The position numbers and the translations under genes are program-made. Of a DNA stretch of 64,000 nucleotides, positions 21,883 to 31,982 are shown piece after piece. The stretch comes from Gammaproteobacteria bacterium (GTDB lineage: Bacteria > Pseudomonadota > Gammaproteobacteria > QZLD01): NCBI GenBank assembly GCA_004796365.1, contig QZLE01000154.1, positions 4,493-68,492 of the forward strand, given 5' to 3'. The notes below the pieces were generated by a model, which was not told where the DNA came from, did not search any database, and saw nothing but the letters and a program-made list of their open reading frames with translations. Position 1 is the stretch's first letter; each line of letters starts with the position of its first letter.

Positions 21883-22233
21883 ATGGGTTCAGCCGGAGCA
21901 AGACAAGGGATATTGTCACTAACTATAAAAGATAAAAACGCCCTGTATGCAGCCTATCTGTCGTACATTAAAAACGGCGGCTTATTCGTTCCAACTAATA
22001 ACGCCTATAACCTTGGAGATGAGGTATTTATTCTGCTTACCCTGATGGAAGAAAATGAAAAGATACCAGTAGTTGGTAAGGTAGTGTGGATAACTCCAAG
22101 AGGTGCCCAGGGTAACAGAACCGCAGGAATCGGGCTGCAATTTACCGATAAGGATGGCGGTCCGGCAAGGGCAAAGATTGAGACCTACCTTGCAGGAACC
22201 ACAACCTCAGAACGTCCAACCCACACTATGTAA
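21883..22233 (+). CDS. pilZ: PilZ-domain protein
   Basis: 116 aa; holB-pilZ-tatD order as in Pseudomonas. Confidence 0.7.
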   Translation: MGSAGARQGILSLTIKDKNALYAAYLSYIKNGGLFVPTNNAYNLGDEVFILLTLMEENEKIPVVGKVVWITPRGAQGNRTAGIGLQFTDKDGGPARAKIETYLAGTTTSERPTHTM

Positions 22234-22575
22234 TTCGGGGCTATTTTCCCAATTTCTGCGTTACAATCGCTAAAAAAATGAGTCGCCTACTTGTGTGTAG
22301 GCTCAACATCTTTTTTATCTATTGTGCCTTGATCTTGAACAAATACTCTGTGAAATTAAAAAGCTACCCGCTTGCTTACTCTTTGTTGTAAATAATTAAA
22401 AATGAGCCACGCACTTATTCGTGCGGTTCTTCTGAGCATAGTCGAAGGGCTCAACATAAGTACGACTGCTTCTCAATATCAGTTTGGAAAGTACTTAGTT
22501 TTGATGTCTTAAGTGGTAAGTTGTTTATCCATCGACTATTTTCATTAAATGACTTTGTAGTTAAAAAGGTTTTTT

Positions 22576-23025
22576 ATGTTCGATTCTCACGGTTTCTTTA
22601 CTTTATATTTTGACGAAGCAATTATCGTATTTGTTGCAGAAGGCTCATGGAATGAACAGGCATCGAACATTTGTATAATTGAAATTAAGAAAATAATCGA
22701 CGGATTTGATGGTAAGAGCTTTGGGATTGTAGTGGATTCAACAAATCTTGAAGGAGTTACACCTGAAGGTTATAACGTATGGCTGAAGGCAATTGATGAG
22801 TGGAACAAAAGGAAACACATTGCTACTACTAGAGTGGATGATCCAGAATCTACTATATATCAAGCATTTTTATCTGGATTTGATGAGTTCTTTAATGAGA
22901 CCCAGCAATTTAGATATTCTAGTTCAATTGAAGATGGAATCAGTTGGCTAAATAGTATTGGCCTTGAAGGGTTTGCGGAAGGAATTGGCTCAAAGACAGC
23001 AATAACAAATAAGCCTTTAGGTTAA
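22576..23025 (+). CDS. hypothetical protein, possibly STAS/SpoIIAA-like
   Basis: 149 aa, no transmembrane segment; the alternating beta/alpha pattern is reminiscent of the STAS fold. Weak evidence. Confidence 0.35.
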   Translation: MFDSHGFFTLYFDEAIIVFVAEGSWNEQASNICIIEIKKIIDGFDGKSFGIVVDSTNLEGVTPEGYNVWLKAIDEWNKRKHIATTRVDDPESTIYQAFLSGFDEFFNETQQFRYSSSIEDGISWLNSIGLEGFAEGIGSKTAITNKPLG

Positions 23026-23119
23026 AATAATATATCTTTGATCGCTAACACTTCTGATATAAGTTAAAATACGTCCTCATAAAAATCAATATATCTTATC
23101 TATTACCCAGAGGTTTCTT

Positions 23120-23896
23120 ATGCTGGTCGATTCCCATTGCCATCTTGATATTATGGACAAACAATATAGTCTGGAGGCTGTTGCTGCATACGTAGAACAG
23201 GCTAAAGCGAATGATGTTGCTTATATGCAGTGTGTTTCGATTAATATGCAGGATTTTCCTAAGATTCTGGATATTGCTAATCGCTTTGATAATGTGTTTG
23301 CCTCGGTTGGTGTGCACCCTAATGATCGCATTGAGCCTGAAGTTACTCAGGAAGAATTGGTTAAGTGCGCTGCAGATGAAAACGTGATAGCAATTGGTGA
23401 AACCGGTTTGGATTATTTCAGAAGCTCTGGTGACTTGGAATGGCAGCGCGAGCGCTTTCGTACGCATATTGCAGCTGCTCGTGAGGCAAAGAAGCCTTTG
23501 ATTATCCATATTCGCGATGCTTATGATGATGCGATCAAGGTTATGGAGCAGGAAAATGCGGCTGATATTGGTGGAGTGGTACATTGTTTTACCGGTAATG
23601 TTGAAGATGCAAAGCAGGTGATCGACCTTAATTTTCATATAGGCATATCCGGCATTGTTACCTTTAATTCTGCTGCGGACATAAAAGAGGTTGCAGCCAC
23701 TATCCCGGAACACCGCTTGTTAATAGAAACAGACTCCCCGTTTTTAGCGCCGGTTCCTCATCGTGGTAAACCGAATGTTCCAGCCTATGTGCGTTACGTA
23801 GCCCAGTATATTGCTCAGCTTCGCGATGAACCTTTGGAGAAGGTTGCTGCCTATACTACCAATAACTTCTTTAATCTTTTTCCGGCAAAAAGATAA
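23120..23896 (+). CDS. TatD-family deoxyribonuclease (YcfH-like)
   Basis: MLVDSHCHLD...GVHP...GETGLDY...HCFTG motifs. Confidence 0.9.
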   Translation: MLVDSHCHLDIMDKQYSLEAVAAYVEQAKANDVAYMQCVSINMQDFPKILDIANRFDNVFASVGVHPNDRIEPEVTQEELVKCAADENVIAIGETGLDYFRSSGDLEWQRERFRTHIAAAREAKKPLIIHIRDAYDDAIKVMEQENAADIGGVVHCFTGNVEDAKQVIDLNFHIGISGIVTFNSAADIKEVAATIPEHRLLIETDSPFLAPVPHRGKPNVPAYVRYVAQYIAQLRDEPLEKVAAYTTNNFFNLFPAKR

Positions 23897-23924
23897 CGTT
23901 GCGAAATTTCAAGGCTATAAAACA

Positions 23925-24620
23925 ATGAAAAAATATCTATACCTGATACTTGTCCTGTCTTCGTTTTTTTCTTTCAGTGCCATTGCCAGTAATATGGCCA
24001 ATGTTGCTACTAGTGACAAAGAAAGTAATAAAAATGAAGTAGCTAAAGATCTTGCGAACAATGTAGCCATCAAAATGGCCAGAGATTTTTTTGAGCGGAT
24101 CGGAGATATTAAATCTGATTTCAGGCAAACCTCTTTTGATGCTGGGGGTAAGGTAACACAGCAAACCGATGGTGTGCTCTATATGCGGCGACCCAATCAG
24201 TTTCGTTGGGATTATAAATCACCCTATGAGCAGATGATTCTGGCAGATGGTAAAAAGCTGTGGGTATTTGATATTGACCTTGACCAGGTAACTGTTCGTG
24301 AGCAAAAAGATGCTGTTGATTCAACACCGGCCAGTATTTTAACTGAAGGGTTTTCTGCAGTTGAAAAAGCCTTTGTGACCTCCGGTGCTGGAGAAACTCA
24401 GGGTATAAAATGGATTGTACTTACTCCGAAAGATAAGGATAGCCAGTATAGCGATATTATGTTTGGCTTTAAGGGGGAGAATCTGGAAATTGTGCAGATC
24501 AGGGATAAGTTTGACCAGATGACTTTGATGGAGTTTTCTAATATGCAGTTGGATGCTGGACTTGCGGATGGAGTATTTGTGTTTACACCACCTCAAGGTG
24601 TGGATGTAATTGGGAAGTAA
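23925..24620 (+). CDS. lolA: outer-membrane lipoprotein carrier protein LolA
   Basis: Signal peptide [24 protein letters not shown] at 23925; the track ORF extends upstream to 23811 in the same frame. Confidence 0.85.
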   Translation: MKKYLYLILVLSSFFSFSAIASNMANVATSDKESNKNEVAKDLANNVAIKMARDFFERIGDIKSDFRQTSFDAGGKVTQQTDGVLYMRRPNQFRWDYKSPYEQMILADGKKLWVFDIDLDQVTVREQKDAVDSTPASILTEGFSAVEKAFVTSGAGETQGIKWIVLTPKDKDSQYSDIMFGFKGENLEIVQIRDKFDQMTLMEFSNMQLDAGLADGVFVFTPPQGVDVIGK

Positions 24621-25938
24621 TGTGATACAACACAAACCCTTAGCTGACCGGATGCGCCCACGTGATATTACCGAATATATCGGGCAGGCTCACCTACTGG
24701 CGGAAGGAAGGCCGTTGCGGGATATTATTGATGCAGGGCAGGTGCATTCTATGGTGTTCTGGGGGCCTCCAGGAACCGGAAAAACCACTCTGGCGCGCAT
24801 TCTTGCAACCTGTTGTGATGCCGATTTTGTTTCAATATCTGCTGTGATGTCCGGCGTAAAAGATATTCGTGCCGCGATTGATTCTGCCAAGCAAAATCAG
24901 CAAGTATATGGCAAGAAAACCATCTTGTTTATTGATGAGGTACATCGCTTTAATAAATCGCAGCAGGATGCATTTTTGCCATTTATTGAAGACGGCACGA
25001 TAACCTTTGTCGGTGCAACTACCGAAAACCCATCTTTTGAGCTGAATAATGCATTGCTATCCAGATTGAGAATCTACGTGCTTAAGCCGCTTGATCGGGC
25101 AGAGATCCGCAAGGTACTGGAAGCTGCCCTGGCAGATGGCGACAGAGGGTTGGGAAGACATCAGTTAGATATTGAACCCACCGTGTTGGAATTGATGATT
25201 GATAGTGCTGACGGTGATGCGAGGCGCGCACTAACAGTGTTAGAGATTGCCGCGGATTTTGCCGAGCATGTCGATGACGTTGGTGGGGCATCTGCAAAGA
25301 TATCTGCAGATACCATTAGCGAGATTGTCGCCGGTGGCGGGCGCAGGTTTGATAAAGGTGGAGAGTATTTTTATGACCAGATTTCTGCCTTGCATAAGTC
25401 GGTGCGTGGTTCATCCCCGGATGCCGCTCTTTATTGGTTACACAGAATGCTGGATGGTGGTTGTGATCCAATTTATCTTGCGCGCCGTATAGTGCGTATG
25501 GCAACAGAAGATATTGGTAATGCAGATCCTCGAGCATTGCAGATTACCCTTAATGCCTGGGATGCATACGAGCGCCTTGGTAGCCCGGAAGGGGAACTAG
25601 CGCTTAGCCAAGCAATTGTGTATCTGGCTGCTGCTCCAAAGAGTAATGCAGTGTACATGGCGCACAAGGCGGTAATGGGCGATATCAAAAATGGGTGTAC
25701 TTCTGAGGTTCCGATACATCTGCGCAATGCGCCAACCAAGCTGATGAAGGAACTGGGATATGGTAAGGAATACCGGTATGCTCATGATGAGCCTGGTGCT
25801 TATGCGGCAGGAGAAGAGTACTTTCCAGAAGATATTGCTCAGGATACCCAATATTACCACCCAGTACCGCGAGGGCTGGAGATTAAGATTGGGGAGAAAT
25901 TGGTGCAGCTGAGAGAGTTGGACAAAAAAACAAAATAA
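24610..25938 (+). CDS. rarA: replication-associated recombination protein RarA/MgsA (AAA+)
   Basis: [11 protein letters not shown] Walker A; overlaps the lolA stop; E. coli lolA-rarA synteny. Confidence 0.9.
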   Translation: MGSNVIQHKPLADRMRPRDITEYIGQAHLLAEGRPLRDIIDAGQVHSMVFWGPPGTGKTTLARILATCCDADFVSISAVMSGVKDIRAAIDSAKQNQQVYGKKTILFIDEVHRFNKSQQDAFLPFIEDGTITFVGATTENPSFELNNALLSRLRIYVLKPLDRAEIRKVLEAALADGDRGLGRHQLDIEPTVLELMIDSADGDARRALTVLEIAADFAEHVDDVGGASAKISADTISEIVAGGGRRFDKGGEYFYDQISALHKSVRGSSPDAALYWLHRMLDGGCDPIYLARRIVRMATEDIGNADPRALQITLNAWDAYERLGSPEGELALSQAIVYLAAAPKSNAVYMAHKAVMGDIKNGCTSEVPIHLRNAPTKLMKELGYGKEYRYAHDEPGAYAAGEEYFPEDIAQDTQYYHPVPRGLEIKIGEKLVQLRELDKKTK

Positions 25939-25965
25939 AAAACCCCAGCAGGTGCTGGGGTCTTA
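25924..25965. terminator. bidirectional terminator
   Basis: A-run, then CCCCAGC-aggt-GCTGGGG; a T-run on the minus strand. Sits between rarA and the convergent small ORF. Confidence 0.6.
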
Positions 25966-25987
25966 AAGGCAAGAAGCAATTTCCATA

Positions 25988-26173
25988 TTATCTTTCCTCT
26001 GTTCTCCTCATATTACTGAAGATATTTTTGAATAAATTTTCCTTTTGAAGATCTGCAAACACTTTTGCGCCTCTGGTAGTGGCTGGATGTGGCCTAATGT
26101 CTAGTGCCTCGCCCTGGATAGTTGCAGTTTTATAGTTATGTTCCCTATACCTATTTGTCGTGTAGTTCATCAT
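25988..26173 (-). CDS. small hypothetical protein (61 aa), basic and aromatic-rich
   Basis: Near-consensus Shine-Dalgarno TAAGGAGGT 4 nt upstream of the ATG; terminator downstream. Confidence 0.5.
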   Translation of the reverse strand: MMNYTTNRYREHNYKTATIQGEALDIRPHPATTRGAKVFADLQKENLFKNIFSNMRRTEER

Positions 26174-26330
26174 AGCGACCTCCTTACAAATAGCTGTTGA
26201 ACCATAAAGAAATAATGTTCTCTATGATCTAATTATATGAAAAGGAGTTCTTTGTTGCAATGCAGCAAACTAAATAGTTTGTATTCAACTTGTGAATAGT
26301 TATGATGCATGAGTCGCAAAAGTTCAATTA

Positions 26331-27221
26331 TTATTTCTGGTCTTCAAGGTCAGATGCATAAATAATCTGTATCGGCTTTTGAAACTCTTGTTTTTCTATG
26401 GGTTTTGCAGTTGTCTTTTTCGGCTGAGTATAAATAAAGCCTTTAATATCCTTCCAGTACTTTTTATCCTGCAAAATTGTATAGCGATTGTTGGGAAAAG
26501 ACTTTTCAACAACCTCACCTTTCCAGCGAGAGAGTAATTTTTGCGCATGCTTTGCAAGATACCGGTCGTCAGTGTCTGCAATAGCAATAAAGGTAGGTAA
26601 TTCCATAAGAGGTGCTAGAGATATGGACGAAAAGTGGTTTGTGAGAAAAAATTTAACCGGAAGATACAGACCATTGCTATCAATAACGCTGGTCATACTA
26701 TCGAACGGGGAAGATAAGATTAAGCTATTTACGTTACGGTAATGCGCAATAACTGTGGCGACTCCGGAACCCAGACCATGGCCATAAACAATAACATCTT
26801 GGTAATCAATTTTATGATCCGCGCAAATCTGGTCGAGAATATCCAGAGAATCGCCAATCAGGTTGTTCTGTGTTGGTTCGCCGGTGCTTTCACCATAGCC
26901 GCGGTAATTGACCATCAAAACAGATAGGTCGCCAAACTTGTCAGCAACAGGGAACAGGCTTGAAAGTTCTTGGTCGCCATCACCGTATATCACCAGCAGT
27001 TTTTTGTTTTGTTCGGAAAGGTTATTAATAAACCAGCCGTGCAGAACTTGGTTGTCGCGAAAAATCCCAATTTCATAGTCGTTATAGGTGGCGCGATCAG
27101 GGAAATTCATCTTTTTTGGGGAGAATACTAAACTGTCCTGCGTTTGATACAGATAAACCAGTCCCAGAAATACAGGGATTAGTAAGTATTTAAAGTTTTT
27201 TACCATATTCTTGGAAACCAT
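26331..27221 (-). CDS. membrane-anchored alpha/beta-fold hydrolase
   Basis: N-terminal transmembrane segment and abhydrolase-like core (VIVYGHGLGSG...D...H). Confidence 0.6.
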   Translation of the reverse strand: MVSKNMVKNFKYLLIPVFLGLVYLYQTQDSLVFSPKKMNFPDRATYNDYEIGIFRDNQVLHGWFINNLSEQNKKLLVIYGDGDQELSSLFPVADKFGDLSVLMVNYRGYGESTGEPTQNNLIGDSLDILDQICADHKIDYQDVIVYGHGLGSGVATVIAHYRNVNSLILSSPFDSMTSVIDSNGLYLPVKFFLTNHFSSISLAPLMELPTFIAIADTDDRYLAKHAQKLLSRWKGEVVEKSFPNNRYTILQDKKYWKDIKGFIYTQPKKTTAKPIEKQEFQKPIQIIYASDLEDQK

Positions 27222-27289
27222 GGGTTTTACCTGCTATAGCTTTGAATATAAAACAGCGCATTTTACAGCAAATTACCAAGGAATAAAAA

Positions 27290-27778
27290 ATGAAAACGCT
27301 ACATCTGATACGCCATGCAAAATCTGACTGGGATGCAGAGAATCAAAGAGATATAGACAGACCGCTGAATAAGCGGGGACGTAAGGCGTGTAAGATAATG
27401 GCGCAGCGAATCATTGATGCCGGATGCAATCTGGAAAAAGTGTTTTGCAGTCCGGCTGAAAGAGCGCAGCAGACCATTAAAGGCATTGCAGAAGCACTGG
27501 CGCCAAGAGATATAACCTGGGAAATTGATTATGAACTTTACACATTTGACTCTCAGGATTTGCTGGATTGGCTGGATAAGGTGGAAGATGCGATTGATGA
27601 GTTGGTATTGGTTGGCCATAATCCTGCACTTACCGAATTGACCAATCTTTTGGGGGAAATGCATCTGGAGAATTTACCAACTTGCGGATATGTGCAGATT
27701 CAGCTCGATATCCATACCTGGAATGAGATTAGTGCAAATTGTGGTAAGCTACAGCAGTTTTTAACCCCTAAAGACTAG
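27290..27778 (+). CDS. sixA: phosphohistidine phosphatase SixA
   Basis: LHLIRHAKS RHG motif; about 160 aa. Confidence 0.85.
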   Translation: MKTLHLIRHAKSDWDAENQRDIDRPLNKRGRKACKIMAQRIIDAGCNLEKVFCSPAERAQQTIKGIAEALAPRDITWEIDYELYTFDSQDLLDWLDKVEDAIDELVLVGHNPALTELTNLLGEMHLENLPTCGYVQIQLDIHTWNEISANCGKLQQFLTPKD

Positions 27779-27801
27779 GGTATAACTATAGGGCAGATAT
27801 T

Positions 27802-27840
27802 AGCTCAAGCTATTTAATTTTGAGCTTTGCTTTCTTTTTT
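27802..27840. terminator. convergent stem-loop terminator
   Basis: AGCTCAA-(11 nt)-TTGAGCT then a T-rich run; the stop codon of the 27814 gene lies in the loop. Confidence 0.45.
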
Positions 27841-28635
27841 CCTTTCCTTCTCTCTTTCTTCTGCCCGTTTTTTAATCCTCATGACAGTTTCTTTGCCATA
27901 TAACTTTTCGGCACACTCATCGCATAGACCGTGAGAACATTGTGCACTGGTGCGCTTTTCCAGGTAATGCTCAACGTGTTGCCAGAACCCTTTTTCATCT
28001 CTAACTTTCTTGCAGCAGGAACATATAGGAACTATTTCGCGAAGATCTTGTATTTCATCTATGTAATCGCTTAAAAGCTTATTTTCTTCACCCAATATTT
28101 TATTGTAATGAAGTAGCTCTAGATCACTTTCAATTAATAATAAAAAGTTTTTGATTAACTCAATAAAGTTATCGTTATAGGTATTTTCTTTGTTATCCAG
28201 AACGCACATAGTTCCAAATGGTTCTCCGTCAGGGAAGGTAAGCGGAAACCCTAAGTAAGAAATCATATTGAGCTTAACGTCAGGATTATTACACCAATGT
28301 TCGTCTGTCAGCGCATTAGGCACAAGTAACATCTTGTTTGTTCTTATTACGGTTTCGCAATAAAGGCCAGAACCACAAAAATGCTCATGATCCCCTGGAT
28401 TATAAGGGTTGCCTTCAGTTTGGCTTGATACATAAACCTCAATATCATGCTTGTTGAGCCGCATAATCAGTCCTGTCGGCACATCCATTAGCTTTGCCAT
28501 CGTATTAACAGTATTTTGCCATTTGTTGATAACAGAGTTGGGAACATTGAGTGGTTCACTGGGCTCAGAACGATTGCATATTTCTTGATCCATGTTACTT
28601 CTCCTGGCGAATTGATAATCCATCATTATTTGCAT
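27814..28635 (-). CDS. GAF-domain protein with a C-terminal Cys-rich (putative zinc-ribbon) module and a basic tail
   Basis: GAF-like core at about residues 40-200. C-terminus IVPICSCCKKVRDEKGFWQHVEHYLEKRTSAQCSHGLCDECAEKLYG. No DNA-binding or enzymatic output domain recognised. Confidence 0.55.
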   Translation of the reverse strand: MQIMMDYQFARRSNMDQEICNRSEPSEPLNVPNSVINKWQNTVNTMAKLMDVPTGLIMRLNKHDIEVYVSSQTEGNPYNPGDHEHFCGSGLYCETVIRTNKMLLVPNALTDEHWCNNPDVKLNMISYLGFPLTFPDGEPFGTMCVLDNKENTYNDNFIELIKNFLLLIESDLELLHYNKILGEENKLLSDYIDEIQDLREIVPICSCCKKVRDEKGFWQHVEHYLEKRTSAQCSHGLCDECAEKLYGKETVMRIKKRAEEREKERKKESKAQN

Positions 28636-28821
28636 AATTATACACTGTATTAGTTCGTTTTTCTGAGTTTAACGTCTTATTTTTATTGATGTTTAGCGTT
28701 ATTGGTGCCAAAAGTTGGATTTTTTACGCAGTGTACCAAAAAACTGGGAAAATATTGATAATAATCTGTACATCCTGTTAGTCAGTCACTATCATCAGCG
28801 GCTGATGTAAATGTTTGATAA

Positions 28822-30138
28822 TTGGTGGATGCATTGAAGATTTTTCTTAAGGCCTTAGGTTGCAGACTGAATGAAGCGGAACTGCAAACCTGTGCGAATG
28901 AACTACAAAGTTATGGTTACGAAATTGTAAACAGTCTTCAAGAAGCTGGTATCGTTGTATTTAACAGCTGCGCTGTTACTCAAGAAGCAGAAAGAAAATC
29001 GCGCCGGGCCATTAGAAAGTATTATCGTGATAATCCCGGAATAAAACTGGTTGTTACCGGTTGTTATGCAACCTTAAGTCCTGAGGATGTTGCGAACAAG
29101 CTTGGTGTAGACCTGGTAATAGATAATACTCAAAAAGATAATCTAGCTAAGATTGTTAAAGAGAAATTCGAGATCCCGACCAGCTCGGTACATGCTGCAG
29201 AAGCAAATGAATCGGTACTGTTTGCTCGGGGAAAAGATCGTGCGTTTGTGAAGATACAGGATGGATGCAGAAATAGCTGTGCCTATTGCATCGTCACTGT
29301 GGCTCGCGGAGAAGAAAGAAGCAGAACCCCGGAAAAAATAATTGCCGAAATTAATTCTCTGCATACACAAGAAATCAATGAAATCGTGCTAACCGGTGTG
29401 CATGTTGGCGGTTACGGCAGTGATAATGATAGCTCATTAGCAAAACTAATTGAGGTTATTCTGAATGAAACTGATATTCCGCGCATAAGGATTTCATCGC
29501 TAGAACCTTGGGATCTTAATGAAGAGATAATTGCAAAGTTTAAAGACAAGCGGCTTATGCCACATCTACACCTGCCTTTGCAAAGTGGTAGCGACGGGGT
29601 ATTAATGCGTATGGGTAGAAAGTGTGATCGTGACTCATACCGTCGGATTGTGCAAAGCGCACGCGATGCAATTCCTAACCTTGTAGTAACTACTGACATT
29701 ATCGTTGGCTTTCCTGGTGAAACCGATGAAGATTGGGAACACTCCAAAGAGTTTATTCAGGAGATGGGTTTCAGCCATATCCACATATTCTCGTTTTCAT
29801 CGCGGGAAGGAACACCAGCGGCAAAGATGGATAACAAGATCGAGCCCGACGTGATCAAGCAACGCTGCAAAGAACTGGAACATATTAATGAAAACATGCG
29901 CGAGCAGTTGATGCGAGCAAATCAAGGCTTGGTATTTAATGTGTTATTTGAGTCATACAGTATCGAGCTTTATTCACATGAAAAACGCTTTTTCGGGTAT
30001 ACAGATAACTATATCCGAGTTGCCGTTGACGTGCCGGATGGTCTAGAAGAGCTTGCCGGGCAGATCCACCGAGTTAAACTTGATTGCGTGGATGAGAGTG
30101 GGGAGTTTATGATAGGACGCACGATGCAGCACGAGTAA
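28822..30138 (+). CDS. MiaB-family radical-SAM tRNA methylthiotransferase (MtaB-like)
   Basis: N-terminal LGCRLN (MTTase domain) and radical-SAM CRNSCAYC. TTG start at 28822; an alternative TTG at 28834 is possible. Confidence 0.8.
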   Translation: MVDALKIFLKALGCRLNEAELQTCANELQSYGYEIVNSLQEAGIVVFNSCAVTQEAERKSRRAIRKYYRDNPGIKLVVTGCYATLSPEDVANKLGVDLVIDNTQKDNLAKIVKEKFEIPTSSVHAAEANESVLFARGKDRAFVKIQDGCRNSCAYCIVTVARGEERSRTPEKIIAEINSLHTQEINEIVLTGVHVGGYGSDNDSSLAKLIEVILNETDIPRIRISSLEPWDLNEEIIAKFKDKRLMPHLHLPLQSGSDGVLMRMGRKCDRDSYRRIVQSARDAIPNLVVTTDIIVGFPGETDEDWEHSKEFIQEMGFSHIHIFSFSSREGTPAAKMDNKIEPDVIKQRCKELEHINENMREQLMRANQGLVFNVLFESYSIELYSHEKRFFGYTDNYIRVAVDVPDGLEELAGQIHRVKLDCVDESGEFMIGRTMQHE

Positions 30139-30188
30139 AAAGCTACAATGCTCATAACGCTTTTTTGTATTAAGTGAAGTGAAAAATA

Positions 30189-31373
30189 TTAGTTACTCCT
30201 TTTTGATCCGCAACAGCAAGACTTCGGTCTTTCTTCTTCCTTTTTGCTTGAACAACAGCTGGTTTTTGATTGCTCGCTCTGTGGTTTTTGGTCACAGCAG
30301 TTTTTGGTTGCAGGTTTAGCAGCACCTTTTGGTTTTAGTGAAAATGGAGCAAGCCAGATTTGGCGAATATGCTTTTGCGAAATAATCAAAACTGTCAGAG
30401 TTGCCCAGGCTATAAAGTGGGGAACTAGGTGCTCATGATCATGCGGGTCGTTTATTACGCTGATACCAAATTCGCTAGAAATAAAGTCGGTTAGTATTCC
30501 AAATCCCAGGGCGCAAAATCCGATTGCAGAAAGATAGGCTACCATTGCGCGCTTACCAAGCTGACTGTTAATTACTCCCAGTGTGGCAATATTGGTGGCA
30601 GGGCCTGCCAGTAAAAATACCAATGCTGCTCCGGGGGAGACCCCCATGGCAATTAACCCTGCTGCTATTGGTGTAGATGCAGTGGCGCAGGTGTACATCG
30701 GTATGCTTATCGCCATTACCAGCAGCATACCCAGATAGCTGTGCCCGAGCTCGGAAAAATAGTCAGGTGGAACGTAAGTTAAGATCGCTCCAGCAGCAAT
30801 GATACCAATAAACAGCCATTTAAAGGTGTTGTCATACAAAGTGGTGAAAGAGTATTTCTGTCCATCCCAAAAGCGTTCTAGTCCTGATGATTCCGGGATA
30901 GATTTTAGATTACTGCTGCAGCTTGATTTTGGGGCCTCACTAGGTTTGCTTTGGGTATTTGATGGATCGTTATTATCTACATCGGCAAAGGTGTCTACCA
31001 GAACACCGGCAGTAATCGAAGATATAAGTGCGGCGATTGGCCTGACAATTGCCATAAATGGGCCTAAAAGAGCAAAAGAAACCGATATCGAATCCACTCC
31101 GGTTTCTGGCGTTGCAATCATAAACGATGCAGTTGCGCCTTTAGATGCGCCTTGTTTGCGTAGCCCAAGGGCAACGGGAATAACACCGCAGGAGCACAGT
31201 GGAAGCGGGGCTCCTATAAATGATGCCTTTACCACTGGTTTAATACCGGTTCCGGAAAGGTGTTTTTTAATAAGCGCATCAGATGCATATGATTTTATTA
31301 ATCCTGAAATAATCAGACCTAGCAGCAGGAATGGTGCGACTTCTAAAAGTATATTCAAGGTATTTGTTAACAT
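30189..31373 (-). CDS. permease-family metal efflux transporter (SO_0444-like) with a poly-Cys C-terminal tail
   Basis: Multi-transmembrane protein with CxC sites in loops and a tail KNCCDQK...SCCSSKK...SCCCGSK. Confidence 0.6.
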   Translation of the reverse strand: MLTNTLNILLEVAPFLLLGLIISGLIKSYASDALIKKHLSGTGIKPVVKASFIGAPLPLCSCGVIPVALGLRKQGASKGATASFMIATPETGVDSISVSFALLGPFMAIVRPIAALISSITAGVLVDTFADVDNNDPSNTQSKPSEAPKSSCSSNLKSIPESSGLERFWDGQKYSFTTLYDNTFKWLFIGIIAAGAILTYVPPDYFSELGHSYLGMLLVMAISIPMYTCATASTPIAAGLIAMGVSPGAALVFLLAGPATNIATLGVINSQLGKRAMVAYLSAIGFCALGFGILTDFISSEFGISVINDPHDHEHLVPHFIAWATLTVLIISQKHIRQIWLAPFSLKPKGAAKPATKNCCDQKPQSEQSKTSCCSSKKEEERPKSCCCGSKRSN

Positions 31374-31386
31374 AATGACGCCCCTG

Positions 31387-31818
31387 TTATTCTAGCTCTT
31401 TGCAAGAATCTAATGCGTTTAGAATGTTACAGTGATCTGCGCTATTGGATCCTCCATCGCAGCTGTTTACGATGTTCTGCAAAGCTGCCTTAATTTTGGT
31501 TAGTTCAGAAATCTTGCCTTCAATATCGATAAGCTTTTTGCTGGCGAACTCCTTTACGTCACGGCAGGTCTTAGAGTGTTTTTCATGGCGCAGATACAGT
31601 AGTTCTTGGATCTCTTTTATAGAAAACCCAACATGCTTTGCACGTTTTATAAATTTGAGCCCCTCAATGTATTCATTGTAATACATACGATAGCCTGAGG
31701 CTGTACGTTGCGGTTTTTCCAATAATCCAATCTTTTCGTAATAGCGAATTGTTTCGATAGGGGTATTGGATTGTGTTGCTAGTTCGCCAATCCTAAGGTG
31801 TTTCATTTTTCTATCCAA
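31387..31818 (-). CDS. MerR-family metal-responsive transcriptional regulator
   Basis: N-terminal MerR HTH (MKHLRIGELATQSNTPIETIRYYEKIGLL) and a C-terminal Cys cluster (CDGGSNSADHCN...C). Sits directly upstream of the permease. Confidence 0.8.
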   Translation of the reverse strand: MDRKMKHLRIGELATQSNTPIETIRYYEKIGLLEKPQRTASGYRMYYNEYIEGLKFIKRAKHVGFSIKEIQELLYLRHEKHSKTCRDVKEFASKKLIDIEGKISELTKIKAALQNIVNSCDGGSNSADHCNILNALDSCKELE

Positions 31819-31982
31819 ATTGAGTTCATACCATAATTATAAACTATGGAGTTAACTCCAGGGTCAATGGTTGGGTCACGAAAGTATGAAGTAGGGCATA
31901 AAATGGCATAAAAAATAGAAAGATAAGATAAATTGTAGTAACATTTCCCCAGTTTTTACCCCTGACAGATTCTTTACTGAAT

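Noticed and set aside
23096-23713. A 205-aa ORF antisense to tatD.
   Set aside because: The plus-strand TatD reading frame has all the canonical His/Asp metal-ligand motifs. The antisense ORF is spurious.
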